Origin: Trichinella spiralis
Lineage: Eukaryota
DNA: 38,466 nt
NCBI RefSeq assembly: GCF_000181795.1
Contig: NW_003526944.1
Coordinates: 362,269-400,734, forward strand
Reading direction: 5' to 3'
Below, one piece after another: positions 33,158 to 38,466 of this stretch (positions are counted from its first letter, which is position 1; the number at the start of each line of letters is the position of its first letter). The position numbers were made by a program, and so were the translations under genes. Below the pieces are notes generated by a model. That model was given only the letters and a program-made list of their open reading frames with translations. It was not told the DNA's origin and did no database searches.

Positions 33158-35436
33158 TTAATGCCGTTTGTCGTTGTAAAACATAGAATCATCTGAGCAA
33201 ATCTGTTCAAGAGATAAAGAATTTTTGAATAGAATGCGATTTTCTAATCCAAGCGTTATTGGACTGTGAGTTTTGAAGTAATCCACAGCATTTTTTAATT
33301 CGCCGTATTCGGTCGTTATTCTTTCCACGGCATTTTGTAATACGGTGTAACTGTCTCCACCGTCGGCCATGTAATTACTCATTGCAACGTTGTATATAGC
33401 ATCTTTCTTTAATTCTTCATATTTTGGCAAAGTGCAATTTTGACAACGAATTTGGATAGATTGCACACGATTCCCATTTGGTTTTGTCAAATCGTACACA
33501 ACTCGAATACCAGAAACTTGAAGAAACTTTCCATGTGGACTCACTTCACTGAAGTTTGAGACAGAATGTTCGAAAGCGGCTAGTAAATCTGAACCATATA
33601 GTCGAAGTATGATAATTGGTTTATCAAAAGGTGCAATTGTGTACATGTCTTTCATTGTGAGTTGTCCAGGTTTGTCTTTAATAAAGTTTCGGATCGCTCC
33701 ACCGTTTAGGATTCCCACAGAAGCTGCAGTCCATTGTTCAGAATTGGCAAAATGTTGCATATTGTTTGTTGCCCATGAAACTAAAGAATCAGTTAGCATA
33801 TTTCCAAGATTGCATTCACTTAAACGACACGAAGTAGAACGTCCATCTATATATACATCAGTGTAGCCAACAATTTCTTGTCGATAAATTTCTACTTCAT
33901 TGTGATATTTGTCAATTATTATTTCCATTTCTTTATCAGGCTTAATTTGATTATCTAACAGAATTGGTTGACCACTCCAACTCGTCAGTATACCTTCATC
34001 ATTAAATTCAACTTGAAGTTTACCAAGATATTTTCCGAATTGATAACTTTGAACCACTAGGCAAGGATTTTCGAATTCTGTATAAACTTCTGGATAAGGA
34101 CCAACAGGCACTTCAACTGAAGGGAGTTCTCCTGTGTAAAGAAATGCATGCGAATGACCTCCAACAATAACATCGACACCAGGAACGTTCTTGCATATAT
34201 CTCGGTCTTTCAGCAGTCCAGAATGGCTTAAAACAATGATTTTGTTTATACCTTCTTGCTGCAGTGATGTGACAGCGTCTTTCAGTATCACAATCTCATC
34301 TTCAAATATTACTGACTTTTCTGGATTTGATAAAGTAGCAGTTTCAGGTGTGATCACTCCCAATACGGCGATCGTGTCATTTCCAAAATTGAACAATAAA
34401 CGTTCTTTGATCAAATTTTCCAATTCTGTACCTTCAGCTATGATGTTGGTTGACACGACAGGGAAAGTGAGATTTTTGATAAAAGGTACTAATCCATTTA
34501 AACGGTTATCGAATTCATGGTTTCCCAAAGTCATGGCATCATAACCCAAATTATTCATGATCTCGGCAATTGGTCTATACCGCAAGATTGTATACCAAAG
34601 TGTACCTTGAAATTGGTCACCTGCATCAAGGAGCAGTACATTTTTGTTGTTGGCTTTGACATGATCAACAACGGCTTTTATCTTTGCTGCACCACCCCAG
34701 CATGCATTTTGTTCTATTTCTTCAGCTGAACATTCATCGAAATTGCTGTTCATTCTATGATAAAGGTAATTTTTTATCATTATTTTCATTAAAAATCATT
34801 CACATGGGGAATAATTTTCAGAATAACAGATGGGAAAAAATTGATTAAATTTGCTCTAATTCATATGTAAAATATTTTCATTTGAATGCTTATTGGAATT
34901 CTTCCTTAAAAATATAAGATAGACTTGAATGAAATTTAAATACAAGTTGAATATTTCTTGAAGTTGTACATAATTACACGTTTGATAAAAAATATTAATG
35001 CAGTATGGATTATATTTTAATAAATTCGTAAATTATTTCAATAAAAATTTCAGAATAAATATATATTGAAAGTAATTTTCATAAAGAGGACTTCACTTAT
35101 TATGTGGCATTCTTTATTTTGTAGCATGCTTTAAAAGTTTCTTACCAGCTTTTCATGCATATGGGTATTAATTAATAATTACACACATTTATAATTGCCA
35201 AGAAGGTTATGCAAAAATTATTTTTGAAATTAAGAATTTTTTTGGAAATTTTAAAAATATGAAGAAGTAAGAAAAGAAACTTTAAGGCTATCTTACGAAA
35301 AGCAAAAGAAATGGCATTGAATGGTATCTTACCCATAATATCTGGAGTGGATATCATTTGTGTGCAAAATTGTAAGCTGAAAATTAGCTGAAGAATAAGT
35401 TAAAAAAGTCAAAAACAGAAAAGTGTAGGTTAACAT
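33158..35436 (-). CDS. Secreted 5'-nucleotidase/apyrase family enzyme (CD73-like), 566 aa, 2 exons
   Basis: Exon 1 35436-35333 (MLTYTFLFLTFLTYSSANFQLTILHTNDIHSRYYG: signal peptide plus DxH) joins exon 2 34754-33158 in phase 2. Metallophosphatase motifs LDAGDQFQG, GNHEFD, LSHSG, GGHSH; substrate motifs NGGAIR, FLQVSG, GGD. Confidence 0.96.
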
Positions 35437-38400
35437 GGTTTGAGCTTCATTAAACTGCGCTTGACATTTAATGGCAGAGAGATTTTATTACGAGAGCATT
35501 TTGCCAGCCAGTTTTACAAACGGATGTTTATGACAGTTAAACCAGCTTTAACCATACCATTATAATAACTGTATATCATTATTCATTCAATAATTTTTGA
35601 AAAAAGCATTGTTTTGTATACTTTTATTGAATGACAAAGCAGCAATTAATGGTATTACGCATTACAAAATGTCATTTATGAAAAGAGATTTATATTCACT
35701 GTATACTGAGAGACATAAAGGAATAACATGATACATTTTTAGTGCTATAATAATAACTATGAGCAATTTTAAATTTGCTGTATTTGTATTCATCATATTA
35801 GTACAAAGTAGTGTTGATAGCAGTAAACTGTGTTCAATAATTCAGTATTGAAAAGATTCAAATTTTAAAATTATTTTTCCATTTTAAGTAAGCTTAAAAG
35901 TTACACATTTAAAGAATTTCATAAGCATTGGCAACTGCAGCATGTGTTGCTTCAAAGATACAATAGTTACATTTATGCGCCAATCGGCAGAGCATTGTTT
36001 TTATAAATGGTAAATGTAAATGTACAGTTTAAATTAAATTAAGCTGAAAAAATTGAATTACAATTGTAAAACAAGTTTGTGCTGCAGATATTCCAGTTTC
36101 AAAGCAATCACTAATAATATCTGGTCAATGCATCAGTATTTCATTGTTTAGCGCATTCACATCAATGAACGATTAAGCTTGAAACGTTGAAAAGTCATTT
36201 AGACTGTAATTTAGCGTTTGTCAAATGTTAATTTAAAAATTAAGCCTAACAGCCTGTAAAGCAAAGAGTCTACACTACACGACTATGTGATATAAAATAA
36301 CAATTGTATAAGTAGTAAACCGCATGAAACCTTAAAAGCAACATATCATTGTTTCCATACATTAAGTAAAATAAATAAGTCACTTACTAGTAATCAATGA
36401 AAATTAGCAGTAAATAATTATATTACCAGACAAATTAAACAAAATAAATAGACCTAAAATCGAGTTGAACGGAAAACACGTTGTCACATTTGCTTGTCTT
36501 CCATTCATTCATTAAACTTAGCAATGATCAAGCAGTGTAATCATGGGCATGTGTAACTGAAATTTTTATTTCATTACGATATTGAATTAAAATATTTCAT
36601 TCGTATAATAATAAAATGACAAATTACATTTATGATATGGCTGCAGTAGTTATAGATTGGGCAATAAATGTGCAAAAAAACAGGCAATATAAACATTTAA
36701 AAGCGTGATTTTAACCGGTAAAAGTGAAAAATAAATCAAATTAACTAATTAAGCGAATCTGATAATATAAACTAAATCAACAACAAAGTAGCAAACAAAT
36801 CAATTCAAATTAATAAAAGCTAGTCATGTTAAGTAAAACTGTATTGCAAAAATATGTCGGAAATATCAATAATTGTTTAATGATTATGGAATTATTATCA
36901 GTCAGAATTAATGATCAACCACATTGTTTACATGCAACAAAGGAAAAATTTTCACAGCTAGTTTGGCATTAATTTGCAAAACAGAAACAGGAAATGTTTG
37001 GCATGAACAGATTGAAACATAAAATAACTTTTCTGCAATTTAACGTTTGTGGATACCAATATTACAAACCATGAATTGAACTGTTCCTACATATTAAACA
37101 ATAGAAAAACGACGTGTTTATATTATTTCCATAAATTTATTAAAGTAAATTTATTTATTTATATTAAAATATGCTAGGCATTAAAGATAAAATTAGTTTC
37201 CGTAATGAGAACCGTTTTCATGTTTGGAATGGATACAATGAAATTGTCTCAAACAGGGTATATTAGGTAGGTAAATGAAACGCAACGAAAAATGTGCACT
37301 AGTCATATTTATCAGCAGAAGTAATTAAAATAAAAATATTCACGCGTATTCATTTGCTTTATTGACATGTTGGAAGTAATTTTAGTTTTAATTTGATTAT
37401 TTAAGTGCTTTTAATTTTTTTGATTCAGTTGACATTCTATTCATAATTCAATGAGACAATTACTGCATTGTTTGGTTATGTGAATGTCGTAACTATAGAA
37501 GTGTTTTTTAGCATTTATGACGCAATTGTATGGACATTTTTATCTTATAGAGACCCAAAAGCAAAACAAAGATTTCAAAACCAACAGCTGAAATATGGAA
37601 CGGAGAAAAAGTAGTTTAGGTTGAAAAGTACTGTAAAACTATAATTATGCAAGTTAATTAAAAAGTACTGTGATATACAGTATATGGATTGCCAAATCAC
37701 CGATAAGAAAGTTGCAAAGTAAAAGACCAATAAGAGAAAAGCAAATGTTGTACCCGTGGTTAATTTCATTTGAGTGATTTTGTGTCAACTGAAGGCCGCG
37801 TAGCAAAAGTACAAGTGAACCAAACAGCATCCAGGTAAAAATTTCAATGATAAAACATACTTTTCTCATGTTTTGCATGAACGCTAGTATATATATAAGC
37901 ATTCCATTTTCATATTCACAAAAATTGAAAAACAAGAGAAAATTCTCAATTATATATATATAGTTGATCCATGAGATGCGTCAAAAAATGAAATTTCAAT
38001 TTGTTATTAAACTCTAACGTATGCATATAACTGTAGAATATGTTCAATATTTGAAATTGCGTTTTGCATTGAATTTCACTGTGCACAGAACAGGTCGAAT
38101 ATCTCTAAACGATCAGTACTTTCTATTATGCAAAATAGTGTTTTTCATGTATAAAGTTATTTAACTTTACTATCACATTATATTATTTTCAATTTCGCAT
38201 CATTAGAGACATTAGGTAAATTAAACTTTTTATGTAGCTAATTTTGTCGCAGTTATCGCGCAGTCAGTTTGCTTATATTTTGGTGAATAGCTTTCTGCGA
38301 TGAGTTCCATTTATGTAGGGCATTTTCGAATTTTCAAATTTCAAATTCAAACATGCGAAGGAGTGTTTTGACTAAGTTAGTATTTTCGTAATGGCGTTTT

Positions 38401-38466
38401 CTGCCAGATAGTTTACATTTTGACAGAATTGTAAGCATTAAGGTCATTTTTGAATTTTCACAAGAA

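Noticed and set aside
33609..34729. Plus-strand ORFs over the nucleotidase, and similar antisense ORFs over rps-4, hsp-90, glypican and the kinases
   Set aside because: Antisense shadows of real coding exons.
37575..37935. Two overlapping hydrophobic minus-strand ORFs (64 and 93 aa)
   Set aside because: T-rich sequence gives hydrophobic ORFs by chance; no family motif or convincing exon chain. A small membrane gene cannot be excluded without RNA-seq.

Overview
AT-rich, gene-dense eukaryotic genomic DNA with many short (about 50-200 nt) GT-AG introns. It is most consistent with a nematode, probably clade I/Trichinella-like; this taxonomy is an inference. Manual splicing gives, in order: the 3' end of a Gly-rich/six-Cys protein (+), a 4-exon 92-aa orphan membrane-anchored protein (+), RPS4 (-), cytosolic Hsp90 (+, HSE-TATA-Inr promoter), a Dally/GPC3/5-type glypican (+, about 10 kb, two candidate C-termini), Hippo/MST1/2 kinase with SARAH domain (-) head-to-head with a GCK-III (MST3/4/STK25, gck-1-like) kinase (+), an SLC16/MCT transporter (+), a fatty-acid-binding protein (-) and a secreted, GPI-less 5'-nucleotidase (-). 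I found no tRNA, rRNA, CRISPR array or transposon. I cannot demonstrate a new biological system. The best leads are the divergent Hippo/GCK-III pair, the alternative glypican tails, two small proteins the ORF track misses, and a paired distal heat-shock element. All exon coordinates were read by eye and need RNA-seq confirmation.
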